Translations under genes and position numbers: made by a program
The notes under the pieces: model-generated
The model's input: only the letters and a program-made list of their open reading frames with translations
Database searches by the model: none
What the model was told of the DNA's origin: nothing
IMG/VR virus record: IMGVR_UViG_3300017971_004694
Direction: 5' to 3' (one strand)
Length of the DNA: 64,000 nucleotides
Source: a virus
Shown: piece after piece, positions 36,402 through 45,499 of the stretch
How positions within the stretch are numbered: position 1 is the stretch's first letter
Layout of the letters: each line of letters opens with the position of its first letter

Positions 36402-39017
36402 TTACACCTTGGCCGGCATGCTGAATACCTCGGCATTCTGATCGTCGTTCATATCCACTTCTTCGCTTCCACGACCAATTACATCATCGTCTTTGGAAGG
36501 TTTAGCTTCCGGCTTATTTTCTTTAATTTGTTCTTTCACATACTCCTTAATCTCCTCTAATTCTTTGTCCGTTAAATTCTCTGGGCGACTCTTGATCATC
36601 TGCATAAGAGCAGGAGTGTCTACATGACCCTCACGAGATTCGCAAACATTTTTAATATGCTTCTTGATTCCTGGGTGCTTTTCGAATACGCTTTTCTCGT
36701 CACCATCACCATCATTAGCCATTTGTCCATCGTCGGCTTCTTCATCACTTAGATCAGTTATACCATACACATCCTCGAACTTGCCTAGGCCCCAATCCTT
36801 AATATTTTGAAGTAGGTCGCGTATTTCAAGCTCCCTTTCTCTCATTCTTTCTATAACGTGTTTCGGTAAAACTTCAGACAACTTTTCTCTATGAGAGGCC
36901 CACTTGTAATCCTCTAGGTCTTTGACATCTTTATCAAGCAGCTCAGGATCTATTGGCTCTTTGGTGTTAAATGGCTTGACCCATACAGCAATATTCGCAA
37001 TATTTCCCCTAATGCCTCTGAAATCATAATTGTCGCGAAGGTTTTCCATTTTTGCTGCAAATTCCAACCCTTTGCCTCTTGTTGCTGGTGTGGAAAACAA
37101 AATTTCATATACTATGTCTGGACCTCTTGAAGTCTCAACCATGAAAGCTCGTTTTAGCTCCCCAAAGTCACCAAGAGCATCTAAATCTTCAGAATATATG
37201 TTTATTGGAACGCCCCCAACACCTAGAAGCCAGTATGAGTTTTCACCATGAACCTCCTCCAGCGTGGGTTTTTCTTCCATTGGGGTTGGTTCTGGCTCTG
37301 GTTCCTCAAACCTTTCCCTTTCTTTTCTGGCCTCATACTCTTCAACCGTAGGGAAGGGGGACTTGGGCTGAAGCATCGTGCCCGCTCTAGGAGGCAGCTT
37401 ATGGCTTCTCCATGGCCCTGCCACGGGTGCGGTTTCTCTTGGCGTATACCACTTGATTGCTCGCTTTGAAAGTTGGAATCCAACATCCCTGCTGGAAAGT
37501 CTAACATCATCAGCCATCTCGCTTGGATCCCACTTCTTTCCTTTGTGGCGCTCATAATCAACCTTTTTGGCCACTCTCTGTGCAGCATCTTCCACAAACT
37601 CACCCTGAGCATCAGCTTCCCCTGCGTGCTGCTCGGAAAGCGCGTCATCAAAAACATCCAAAAATTCCTCTGGAGAAGCATCTATGTTTTCGTATGCCTT
37701 GCGGGCAGTTTGCCTTGTTGGCTTAGCCCCCTTAACTTGTGCATCTGGAACGGGCTCAAAGCCGTCTGGAGCCTTGTACACACCCATGGCTTTTTCCGCA
37801 TATTCCTTTCGTGCTTTGTTATTGCGATCTGGCCTCAATATATTTTCGACTTCTTTGTTAGTATATTCCCGAATCTTACGGCTGTCTGTTCCTATATCAA
37901 TCCAGTAATATGCCTCATCATCTATTCTCTGGCGTATCTCACTCTTTTTATAAGGAAAGGCTTCTGGAAACTCTCCTGTTTCTGCAAACTCTCTAACAAG
38001 CTGAGCCTTAGTAAGCTCAGCCTGCGACTTGCTGTTAAAGAAACCCATGGGTTCGTGGCCCCAAGTTAAAAGGAACCAGCCGCGTTCCACGCCCCACTCG
38101 CCAATATCCGTTGGTCTTAGCCCCACTCGCTTTGCTTTTTCTTTCACTCTTGTCTCAAATGTCGCCTTAGCTTTTTCCCATTTGGCTTTTTCTTCTGGGC
38201 TCGTAGCCAATCCTGGATTCTTTACAACTTGAGCAAGTTGCAGATCGGACCACATTTCCACAGGCATAATGGGCATGCGCGTCAGTTCTTCTAATATGAT
38301 TTCATCAGCAAGCTTCCTGATTCTACTATCTATTAATATGGCTGCTTTGAATTTACCCTCATCCTCCAGCTTATTGGCCAACACAATAAGATCTTCAATA
38401 AGATCTGCCTTCACTTCGGCTTCTTCAGCGTCTTCCTTGGTCTTATGAATCGTGCCATCTGGGTGATTCGGTGGGCTATAGATCGTATACATTTTTAGTG
38501 GCTTAGTTTTCGAGGCGTTTATTACATTGTGCTTTGTGCCACCAGGAACGATGATTGCCTCATCTTCCTTAACACTCTTTTTAGTGCCGTTCAAGACAAA
38601 AGTTGCCTCACCTTCCTCGACGCGGAAGAACTGATCAACGGTTTTATGCACCTCTTCACCAATCTCTTCCCCTCCTTGTAAAGTCATCAACACAAGCTGA
38701 GCATGTTTTCCTGTGAACAGCACTTTGCGGAAAGATTTATTTTTCTCCGTTTGCTCTTCAATTGGTCCAACATAGCCAGCAGCGCTCTCGCTTTTCAACG
38801 ACGCTTGCTTTTCAATCATATTTAGCCCAACACGATCACACAACTCTTCCACCTTGGCCTCAACAGCCTCCTTGGCTTCCTTGTGTTTGTTCTTCCCCCT
38901 GAAAATCTCTTTGATGTCATCAAAGGGGGAGCTACTTTTAAGCTGCTTGTCCGCAAAGCCTTTCAACCAATCAGGCAAAGGCGCAGATGGAGCATACTCA
39001 CGATCATTAGAACCCAT
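36402..39017 (-). CDS. Modular head protein containing a cupin domain
   Basis: FRKVLFTGKHAQLVLMTL...IGEEVH...DQFFRVEEG...IVPGGTKHNVIN...MYTIYSPPNH (about 38430-38780); hairpin motif; IEKQA and LSKRA boundaries; likely start 39017. Confidence 0.8.
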   Translation of the reverse strand: MGSNDREYAPSAPLPDWLKGFADKQLKSSSPFDDIKEIFRGKNKHKEAKEAVEAKVEELCDRVGLNMIEKQASLKSESAAGYVGPIEEQTEKNKSFRKVLFTGKHAQLVLMTLQGGEEIGEEVHKTVDQFFRVEEGEATFVLNGTKKSVKEDEAIIVPGGTKHNVINASKTKPLKMYTIYSPPNHPDGTIHKTKEDAEEAEVKADLIEDLIVLANKLEDEGKFKAAILIDSRIRKLADEIILEELTRMPIMPVEMWSDLQLAQVVKNPGLATSPEEKAKWEKAKATFETRVKEKAKRVGLRPTDIGEWGVERGWFLLTWGHEPMGFFNSKSQAELTKAQLVREFAETGEFPEAFPYKKSEIRQRIDDEAYYWIDIGTDSRKIREYTNKEVENILRPDRNNKARKEYAEKAMGVYKAPDGFEPVPDAQVKGAKPTRQTARKAYENIDASPEEFLDVFDDALSEQHAGEADAQGEFVEDAAQRVAKKVDYERHKGKKWDPSEMADDVRLSSRDVGFQLSKRAIKWYTPRETAPVAGPWRSHKLPPRAGTMLQPKSPFPTVEEYEARKERERFEEPEPEPTPMEEKPTLEEVHGENSYWLLGVGGVPINIYSEDLDALGDFGELKRAFMVETSRGPDIVYEILFSTPATRGKGLEFAAKMENLRDNYDFRGIRGNIANIAVWVKPFNTKEPIDPELLDKDVKDLEDYKWASHREKLSEVLPKHVIERMRERELEIRDLLQNIKDWGLGKFEDVYGITDLSDEEADDGQMANDGDGDEKSVFEKHPGIKKHIKNVCESREGHVDTPALMQMIKSRPENLTDKELEEIKEYVKEQIKENKPEAKPSKDDDVIGRGSEEVDMNDDQNAEVFSMPAKV

Positions 39018-39032
39018 TTTCAGCACTCTCCA

Positions 39033-39854
39033 TTATCCGTAGTATTGGCTCTGCCATTCTCCAAACCCTTCGGTTCTGGTAGGATCATTATCGTCGCCAA
39101 GACGCAGACGATCTTTGAACTCTGGGTATCCCATATCAGCTAGAATCTGAAGAATTTCCAACTCCTCACGATCCTCCATCTTGTACTTCTTTTTGGCATC
39201 CTTCCAAAGCTCTTCAAGATTTCTACCACCAGACACCTTGCCGTTAATCAAAGCGCTAGCAATGGCCCTCTGGAACGGCGTAATGAGCATTTGGAATCCA
39301 TTGAAGTGTGGAGCCGTAGCTTCCTTCTTAAGATCAGGATCCTCTTCTTCGCCGCGACGACGCATCTTTTTCCTTTCCTTCTTGAGGTTCTTAAGACCCT
39401 CAAGCGCATCTTCTAGCTCATCAATATTTTGCTCTATGACCTTACGCATGGCGTCAATGCTCTTAACATTGATGACGCCATCGTAATCAGAATGCATAGC
39501 ATTTGAGATATAAGCATTGAGCTTTTTGAACTGCCCAAGTGCCCTTTCCATCTCGGACAAATTACCCCTAATTTGAGATGGCTTAGGGATGCGCTGTAGG
39601 TCTTTAGTCAAGAAGACCAGGAAGTGCTCGGGTTTCTTGGAAACACGCCAATCCTTACTTTCCTCTTTTTTTGGACATGGAGCATTGCCAAAGCCACGGG
39701 GACCAAGACCAAGGCCCATTCCTGGGCCAAGACCAAACCCATCTACGGCTTCTGCCGTTAGAGGAGATTCAATCTCATCCTCGGCAATGGAGATGACCTC
39801 TTTTTCCAAATCGTTTTCGCCTACTGTGAAGACACTCTCTTCTTTTACCATCAT
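39033..39854 (-). CDS. Hypothetical head-module protein
   Basis: GGAGG SD before the ATG at 39854; LKKEA precedes a compact C-terminal domain. Confidence 0.7.
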   Translation of the reverse strand: MMVKEESVFTVGENDLEKEVISIAEDEIESPLTAEAVDGFGLGPGMGLGLGPRGFGNAPCPKKEESKDWRVSKKPEHFLVFLTKDLQRIPKPSQIRGNLSEMERALGQFKKLNAYISNAMHSDYDGVINVKSIDAMRKVIEQNIDELEDALEGLKNLKKERKKMRRRGEEEDPDLKKEATAPHFNGFQMLITPFQRAIASALINGKVSGGRNLEELWKDAKKKYKMEDREELEILQILADMGYPEFKDRLRLGDDNDPTRTEGFGEWQSQYYG

Positions 39855-39865
39855 TATTTCCTCCA

Positions 39866-40039
39866 TTACATGGATAGTTTTTCTATAACTTTTTCGAGAT
39901 CTTCAATAACTCTCTTCTGTAATTCCAATAATTCATCGACCTTTCCATTTAGGGATCGTTCCAAAACCTCAACAATGGAGAGGGCTCTTGGTTCTTTACT
40001 CTTTGCAGCAAGAGCCAGCATCTCTTCTCCGTTGGCCAT
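39866..40039 (-). CDS. Small coiled-coil protein (57 aa), not in ORF track
   Basis: TAATG coupling to the upstream gene; MANGEEMLALAAKSKEPRALSIVEVLERSLNGKVDELLELQKRVIEDLEKVIEKLSM*. Confidence 0.65.
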   Translation of the reverse strand: MANGEEMLALAAKSKEPRALSIVEVLERSLNGKVDELLELQKRVIEDLEKVIEKLSM

Positions 40040-40476
40040 TATTTTGAACCTCCATTAGGAAACTTTCTCAAAGCAGAAATCAAGTCTCCCAATCGCTCAG
40101 TCATTATCTTATTGGAACTGATAAGATCGGTCATTTTATCTACAACAATAGATTGTCCGCCCTTTATATCGTCCAAGTTGTCGTCTAACTCTTTCTTAAC
40201 CATTTCCAGACAACTGTGATTTTCTCTAATTAGTTTCATAAGCTCCGGTGGAATGATCCACATTGGGGTGCGATTCTCGTCATAAACATCATGCATTTCG
40301 AAAAGGTTTTTGGAATAATCGCGAGATTCCTGGAGCAACTCCTCTTGTTTTTCAGTAAGGCCTGGTTCGGGTTCCTTACTTTTCTTATACTTTGTTATAA
40401 AAAACTCCACCACCCTGATCAAAGCCCAAGCCATGCCCAAAAAAAGCGCTGTTAAAGCAGGACCCTCGATAGTCAT
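40039..40476 (-). CDS. Membrane-anchored coiled-coil protein (holin-like?)
   Basis: Single N-terminal hydrophobic helix ALTALFLGMAWALIRVVEFFI followed by a basic patch and coiled coil. Confidence 0.45.
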   Translation of the reverse strand: MTIEGPALTALFLGMAWALIRVVEFFITKYKKSKEPEPGLTEKQEELLQESRDYSKNLFEMHDVYDENRTPMWIIPPELMKLIRENHSCLEMVKKELDDNLDDIKGGQSIVVDKMTDLISSNKIMTERLGDLISALRKFPNGGSK

Positions 40477-40485
40477 ATAACCCTC

Positions 40486-41109
40486 CTAATTTTTGCCTTG
40501 CTCTCTGGATAGTTGGCCTGCCTTTGCTGGATCCGTTCTCTCATCCTCAAACTTTCGCTTACACGCATCCATTTTATTTTCCAGATCCAATCTTTCTTCG
40601 GTAGTTAATTTCTCGCCAGTCTCAAGCTTTCTCTTAATTTCCTTGGAGAGAGCCTCTTTAACAAGTTTGCCATGCTCCGTGCCTATCAACGAGAATAAAC
40701 CCTCGAAAAGATTACGGCTTTGATTGTTGTCCGCATAAAAGCCAAGCGGAAAAGCATATAGGCCATCGAGACCGATCCCGGCAAAAGTCTGTGCATATAG
40801 AGGACTTCCCTGAAATGCTGGAGCATGCATTCCGGCACCCACATCTCCAAAGTCACAATTTACCGCGTCTTTGCCTTCAATTATGTCAGCGGCGTATAAA
40901 CAACGGCTATTAGTTTTGTGGTATATATAAACTCTCTGATTTGCTTTCTTGGTCTGCTCGCGCCTTTCTTCAGGCACCATTTCTAACGGGCACATGTGAG
41001 CAACGCAGTTGCCCGCATAATTGCACCCTCCAGTGATAGGGAGCCCGAAAGGGCATTGCCTATCTCCTTTTGTGTCGCTGCGAATATAGCACTTCTTTTT
41101 AATGGTCAT
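40486..41109 (-). CDS. Cys-rich hypothetical protein
   Basis: CPFGLPITGGC...CVAHMCP...C...C in the N-terminal half; LVKEA near the C-terminus. Confidence 0.65.
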   Translation of the reverse strand: MTIKKKCYIRSDTKGDRQCPFGLPITGGCNYAGNCVAHMCPLEMVPEERREQTKKANQRVYIYHKTNSRCLYAADIIEGKDAVNCDFGDVGAGMHAPAFQGSPLYAQTFAGIGLDGLYAFPLGFYADNNQSRNLFEGLFSLIGTEHGKLVKEALSKEIKRKLETGEKLTTEERLDLENKMDACKRKFEDERTDPAKAGQLSREQGKN

Positions 41110-41113
41110 TGTT

Positions 41114-42250
41114 TTATCCCTTCTGCTCTTTCACTACTGACACATTTTTATATTTATTCTTCCATTCAGCAATTTTGGTCTGCCTCTGTTGTTCTAATTT
41201 AGAAGCATCCGTGCCCTGCACCTTAAGCGCATCGACAACAGCAGAAGTTTCGTTATTTACCAATCTTGCCATAAGCACTATGGATCCCATAATCTTGAGG
41301 TCGCTGGTAAATGCCGTATAAGTGTTTGCTTGTGCGGCCTTCTTCATCTTTCCCTTTACTTTCTCCAAGCATTTTTCAAGACACTTAAGATTGGTCTTCA
41401 ATATTTCATCAGCGCCCTTCTTTGTGCCTTTGTCATCTTTTGCCTTTCCAAGTTCAAACATCCTGCCCTCAAGTGCTATTTTTAGGGCTTGTAGATCTTT
41501 TGCACTCAAGCCATCTAAATCTTTATCTTTCAAAGGCTTCAGGTCATCTATTTGCTTTCTTAGCTTGTTCACTTTGGCCTTATTTTCTTTAATGTCCAGG
41601 GCGGCTCTCTTTTTCCTGCCCCTTCTCTTTTTCCTTATCTCTGGAACCTTCTGAAGCAGTTTCGAGTAATCTATAAATTCTTTGACCACATCTCTGCTCA
41701 CATCTCTGGCTTCCGACTCGCGCCACCTCTTTCTTTCTTTTCTGAACTCTTCGATACTTCCAACCTCTTCCAGCCCCTCATCGGAGTATAGAAGCGGCTC
41801 CTTTTCAAACTTCTTCACATCATCGGGGCCAATGGGGACAAAGTGGCCGTCTTTAGAGATTCCAGTAAGTTCCGTTATTCTCTTCATCCTTTCCTTCACA
41901 GAAGCTTTCTTGAGTCCCATCTCGCCCTTGGTTGGTCCCTCGCTCCACATCTGGTTACGCTCTTTTTTGGTCTCCTCTCTCCACTCCCTCCACTCTTTAA
42001 TGCCTCCTGGGAATCTTGCCAAGAAGTCACCTACCTTTCCGTAATAAGGAGAGTTCTCATAAGACGCATAATCCATTTGCCTTCTCCAAGGATTTGGAGT
42101 TTTACCATCGTTATGTGGCCTGTAGTGCGCTATACAATGTTTCCTGGCAAAACATTCAAACTGAGCTTCAAGGCGTTTGATAGACGTTTCATCCTCGGAA
42201 TCATATACAGCCTCGGCCAATTTTAACAAACGATACAAAGAGTTAGACAT
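41114..42250 (-). CDS. Hypothetical basic head-module protein
   Basis: 378-aa ORF coupled to its neighbours; RKKRA and MKKAA motifs. Confidence 0.65.
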   Translation of the reverse strand: MSNSLYRLLKLAEAVYDSEDETSIKRLEAQFECFARKHCIAHYRPHNDGKTPNPWRRQMDYASYENSPYYGKVGDFLARFPGGIKEWREWREETKKERNQMWSEGPTKGEMGLKKASVKERMKRITELTGISKDGHFVPIGPDDVKKFEKEPLLYSDEGLEEVGSIEEFRKERKRWRESEARDVSRDVVKEFIDYSKLLQKVPEIRKKRRGRKKRAALDIKENKAKVNKLRKQIDDLKPLKDKDLDGLSAKDLQALKIALEGRMFELGKAKDDKGTKKGADEILKTNLKCLEKCLEKVKGKMKKAAQANTYTAFTSDLKIMGSIVLMARLVNNETSAVVDALKVQGTDASKLEQQRQTKIAEWKNKYKNVSVVKEQKG

Positions 42251-43030
42251 TTATATCTCCCATCCATCAAGTAAGTGTTGAACCATTCTTTTCTTAGCCA
42301 GCTCTACAGTCATTAACTTACTCAGCGGCAACACTGGTAGTAATTTAAACTCTACTAATAAATCAAGAGCTTTTTGTGAATCAGCTTTCAACATTTCATT
42401 AACTTGCTTTTTGATATATCCCAGAGAAATATCTTTGATATTCCCCTTATATTTCTCAATAGCGTCCTTAAGTTCATCGTCAATTTTAAGGTCAAACTTA
42501 ATAGACAATTTGAGCGCTCGAATGATTCTGCGAGGATCGTATCCTATTGTAAGCTCTGCATTTACCGGCGTTCTTAGCACTCGATTTTTAATATCTTCCA
42601 ATCCCTTACCTGTTCTATCTATGAGATCTTTTTTCAAATCAGTGGGTTGGAGCAAAGTATTTATGGTGAAGTCTCTACTATACACTTCTTTGTCCAAGTC
42701 AGTCGGATCCTCTATACCCATCTTTTTGAGTTCCTCGGTTATTCCAGGAAGCACAAAGTTGTTAGAGAAATCCAACCTAATGTTCTTGAAGTCCAAAGAA
42801 GAGTGGCCATCTTCATACGATCTGTAATTGGCGGCGGGCCATTCTTTGCTGGCCATAAGACCCAACACATATGATCCTCTATCTCCGGTGGTGATGTCAA
42901 TATCACTAGCGCCTGAGATGTCCATGCCAAAAGCCTTGTCTCTTGGCAGACCGCCAACTATATAAGGAGTGGCTAGATCCTTCCCCTTTGCTATTGCTTC
43001 TAGCGTGCTTAGAAGATCCTGAACAAGCAT
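42251..43030 (-). CDS. Class II nucleotidyltransferase (CCA-adding/poly(A) polymerase family), short form
   Basis: YIVGGLPRD...DIDITT (motif A), SRDFTIN (motif B), GLEDIKNRVLRT, YDPRRIIRA (motif D position); 259 aa, no HD domain. Confidence 0.85.
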   Translation of the reverse strand: MLVQDLLSTLEAIAKGKDLATPYIVGGLPRDKAFGMDISGASDIDITTGDRGSYVLGLMASKEWPAANYRSYEDGHSSLDFKNIRLDFSNNFVLPGITEELKKMGIEDPTDLDKEVYSRDFTINTLLQPTDLKKDLIDRTGKGLEDIKNRVLRTPVNAELTIGYDPRRIIRALKLSIKFDLKIDDELKDAIEKYKGNIKDISLGYIKKQVNEMLKADSQKALDLLVEFKLLPVLPLSKLMTVELAKKRMVQHLLDGWEI

Positions 43031-43033
43031 TTA

Positions 43034-44689
43034 TTACGCTCCTGGTACTGGGGGCGCCCCTTCTGCTGGAGGTGCCTCTGGAGGAGGTGCCTCTGGAGGA
43101 GGTGCAGCCATCTCTGCCGCTGTCTCAGCTGGAACAGGCGCTTCTTCTTCCTCAACCTCAAACATCTCTTCTTCCTTCATTTCTACTGATGGTGCCTCGG
43201 CACCTTCTTCGCCCTCTTCTTTAAGTCCGCCCTTCAACTTATTAATTATTTTTTCAATTCTCGTAGCCACATATAGATTAAGCTCCAGGGCTTTTGCCTG
43301 AGCCTCACCCAGTTCTGGAAAGTGTGATGCAATATTCAAGCCGTCAAGCATCATGTCTGCTTTGGACAATTCCCTGACGAACTCTCTTTCGCTAAGCTTT
43401 TGAGCCAAAGGCTCAAGAACGCCCAGAACATCTTTGACGGTCTTGCCCTCAAAGGGGCCACCCTCGGCTGCTTCTGGTGGCGCCTCTTCCTCCGGAGGTG
43501 GTGGCGGCGCTTCAGGTGGCGGCAGTTTTTCTTCTACGCCTGCGGGCACGCCCGCACCTTCCTCTGCCCCTTCCTCGGCTGGAGGAGGAGGTGGCAACTC
43601 TTCCATACCACCCATCATCTCTTCCATAGGAGGCATACCTTCCTCTTCTGGCTTCTTTTTGCTTTCGTATTCCCTTCCAGTGAGGGCCTTCTCGATTTGT
43701 GAAGCCACATCACCAGCGGGTGCTGGCGGCTGTGCTACTTTGCGAAGTGCATGCGCTCCCTCATAAAAACCCTCTTTTTCAAGCTTATTTGCCGTGCGAA
43801 TTATACAATCTTGCATGGTCGTTGCAGTTTTAAGAGGAATGATTTCCCTCTGCAAAAACGAAAGCATTTCATCAAGATGAGTCCATTTATCAACGGGCCA
43901 AACATTAGCGAACTCTCTAAGCAGCTTTCTTGCTGAATCAAGCCTGCTTATTAACCCACGCTTAGAATCATCTACCGTTCTTTCCACCTTTCTTGGTCTG
44001 CCCGGTCTTCTTGTCTTGGCCAGTTCTATTTTTGGTTCCACTTCTGCCTTAGGTTTTGACTCCGGTTCTGGCTTTTGTTCTTCTTCAAATATTTCCCCTT
44101 TAAAAGGAATAGAGGGCGGAGTAAACTCGGCGGCAGATTTTTGTAGATTATACTTTTCCTGATCGCCGTTTTCATAATATCTTGCCCAACCTTCAAAGTC
44201 GAATTTTTCCATTGGGTCCCATCCCTCCGTAACTTTTTGAGTGGCTTCAGCACGACCTTTACCCCTCTTCATGGCGGCGTATATAGAAGCAAGCGCTTGG
44301 ATCCATTTAGCTATATCTCTGAGCGGCCCTTTGTTTGAGCTTCTTATTCCAATATTGTTGGGATAAGCGACCGTCTCTTTATTTTGCAGGGCCTCATGAA
44401 CCGCCCTGCGAATGTCGGTTAGATCTACTTTCTCTTCATCGCGAAGTTTGGCGAAGGCACAAGCGAGCACCTTTTCTTTGGGCACAGCCTCTTCCAGCTC
44501 AAACTCCTCAACCAAATCTTCATAAAAGTTGTCCAAATAAAAATATAGGTTTCTTTCTCTGTCGCTCTTGGCTCCCAATTCTGACAGCATGCCAGCATCA
44601 CCATGAGCCAATTCCCACAGCTCTTCGGTCATGCCTTCGTCGGACATATTAATCAAAACATCTTTAGCATAATTAGTCGCCATATCCAT
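43034..44689 (-). CDS. Head-module protein with Pro/Glu-rich segments
   Basis: 551 aa; LQKSA and LRKVA motifs; hairpin ANKLEKEGFYEGA. Confidence 0.7.
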   Translation of the reverse strand: MDMATNYAKDVLINMSDEGMTEELWELAHGDAGMLSELGAKSDRERNLYFYLDNFYEDLVEEFELEEAVPKEKVLACAFAKLRDEEKVDLTDIRRAVHEALQNKETVAYPNNIGIRSSNKGPLRDIAKWIQALASIYAAMKRGKGRAEATQKVTEGWDPMEKFDFEGWARYYENGDQEKYNLQKSAAEFTPPSIPFKGEIFEEEQKPEPESKPKAEVEPKIELAKTRRPGRPRKVERTVDDSKRGLISRLDSARKLLREFANVWPVDKWTHLDEMLSFLQREIIPLKTATTMQDCIIRTANKLEKEGFYEGAHALRKVAQPPAPAGDVASQIEKALTGREYESKKKPEEEGMPPMEEMMGGMEELPPPPPAEEGAEEGAGVPAGVEEKLPPPEAPPPPPEEEAPPEAAEGGPFEGKTVKDVLGVLEPLAQKLSEREFVRELSKADMMLDGLNIASHFPELGEAQAKALELNLYVATRIEKIINKLKGGLKEEGEEGAEAPSVEMKEEEMFEVEEEEAPVPAETAAEMAAPPPEAPPPEAPPAEGAPPVPGA

Positions 44690-45455
44690 CCTCTATTTCG
44701 GCTTCCAGCATTTTCACATCTGTATGTATTTTCTCAAACTTGGCTGGCTTATTGCGATATGAAAGATCCCTCATCTTCACGTCCAGCCTTTCAAGGAACT
44801 TCGCCGCCAGTCCAGGATCCATCTCCATCATCGTCTCTCTTACAGCCTCTCTAATCAAGGCCATCTGGTCTTCAATAACAGTCACATTAATATTGGTCTC
44901 TATCCTTTGGTCGGCAACCTTGTCTATATATTTAGCCCACTTCTCAATTACCGCAATATAAGTGGTGAAATATCCCTGCAAGTTTCTTTCTTGGTTTGTA
45001 GTCGCCTCACCATCTTGAGCCTTGTTGAAAAGATCTTCCATTCGGGACTCAATTACTAAAGAAAGCTTTGCCAATTGCTCTCTAATATCCAGGTGTAAAT
45101 CTACAGCCTCTTTAACTTTCTCTTTGTAAGAAGGTAGATACTTAACTTGCGTGTGCTCCTTTTTAACATCCTTTTCTAACTTTTGTTCTCTGGCCACGTC
45201 TTTCATGTATTTGAGAGCTTCACCATCAACCGCCAGATGCTCTTTTCTAAACTTCTGCAATGTGCCGGGAGAAAGCCACTTGTCTTTTTCATCTGGAAAC
45301 ATTTCCTTAAGTGCTTCCGACAGCTTCCTTACTCCCATTGGCCCCTTGAGCATCTTCACAATCCAATTTTTTTTCGGATGCCCCATCACTTTCGGGAACG
45401 TTTGTTTTTTCTTTTTAGGCATTTTTTCTCTCATAAAAAAGGCCCAACTAGACAC
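44673..45455 (-). CDS. Possible terminase small subunit (HTH plus coiled coil)
   Basis: N-terminal helical DNA-binding-like region, long coiled coil and IETNINVT strand; lies in the packaging module. Assignment is architectural only. Confidence 0.35.
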   Translation of the reverse strand: MSSWAFFMREKMPKKKKQTFPKVMGHPKKNWIVKMLKGPMGVRKLSEALKEMFPDEKDKWLSPGTLQKFRKEHLAVDGEALKYMKDVAREQKLEKDVKKEHTQVKYLPSYKEKVKEAVDLHLDIREQLAKLSLVIESRMEDLFNKAQDGEATTNQERNLQGYFTTYIAVIEKWAKYIDKVADQRIETNINVTVIEDQMALIREAVRETMMEMDPGLAAKFLERLDVKMRDLSYRNKPAKFEKIHTDVKMLEAEIEDGYGD

Positions 45456-45499
45456 TCTTACTGTAATGCCTATAAGAGATCCAATTGGGCGTTCTCACC

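Noticed and set aside
38331-38338. Exact TATTAATA inside the cupin-containing gene (also TACTAATA at 57850-57857)
   Set aside because: Intragenic; a few chance copies of an all-AT 8-mer are expected in 64 kb.
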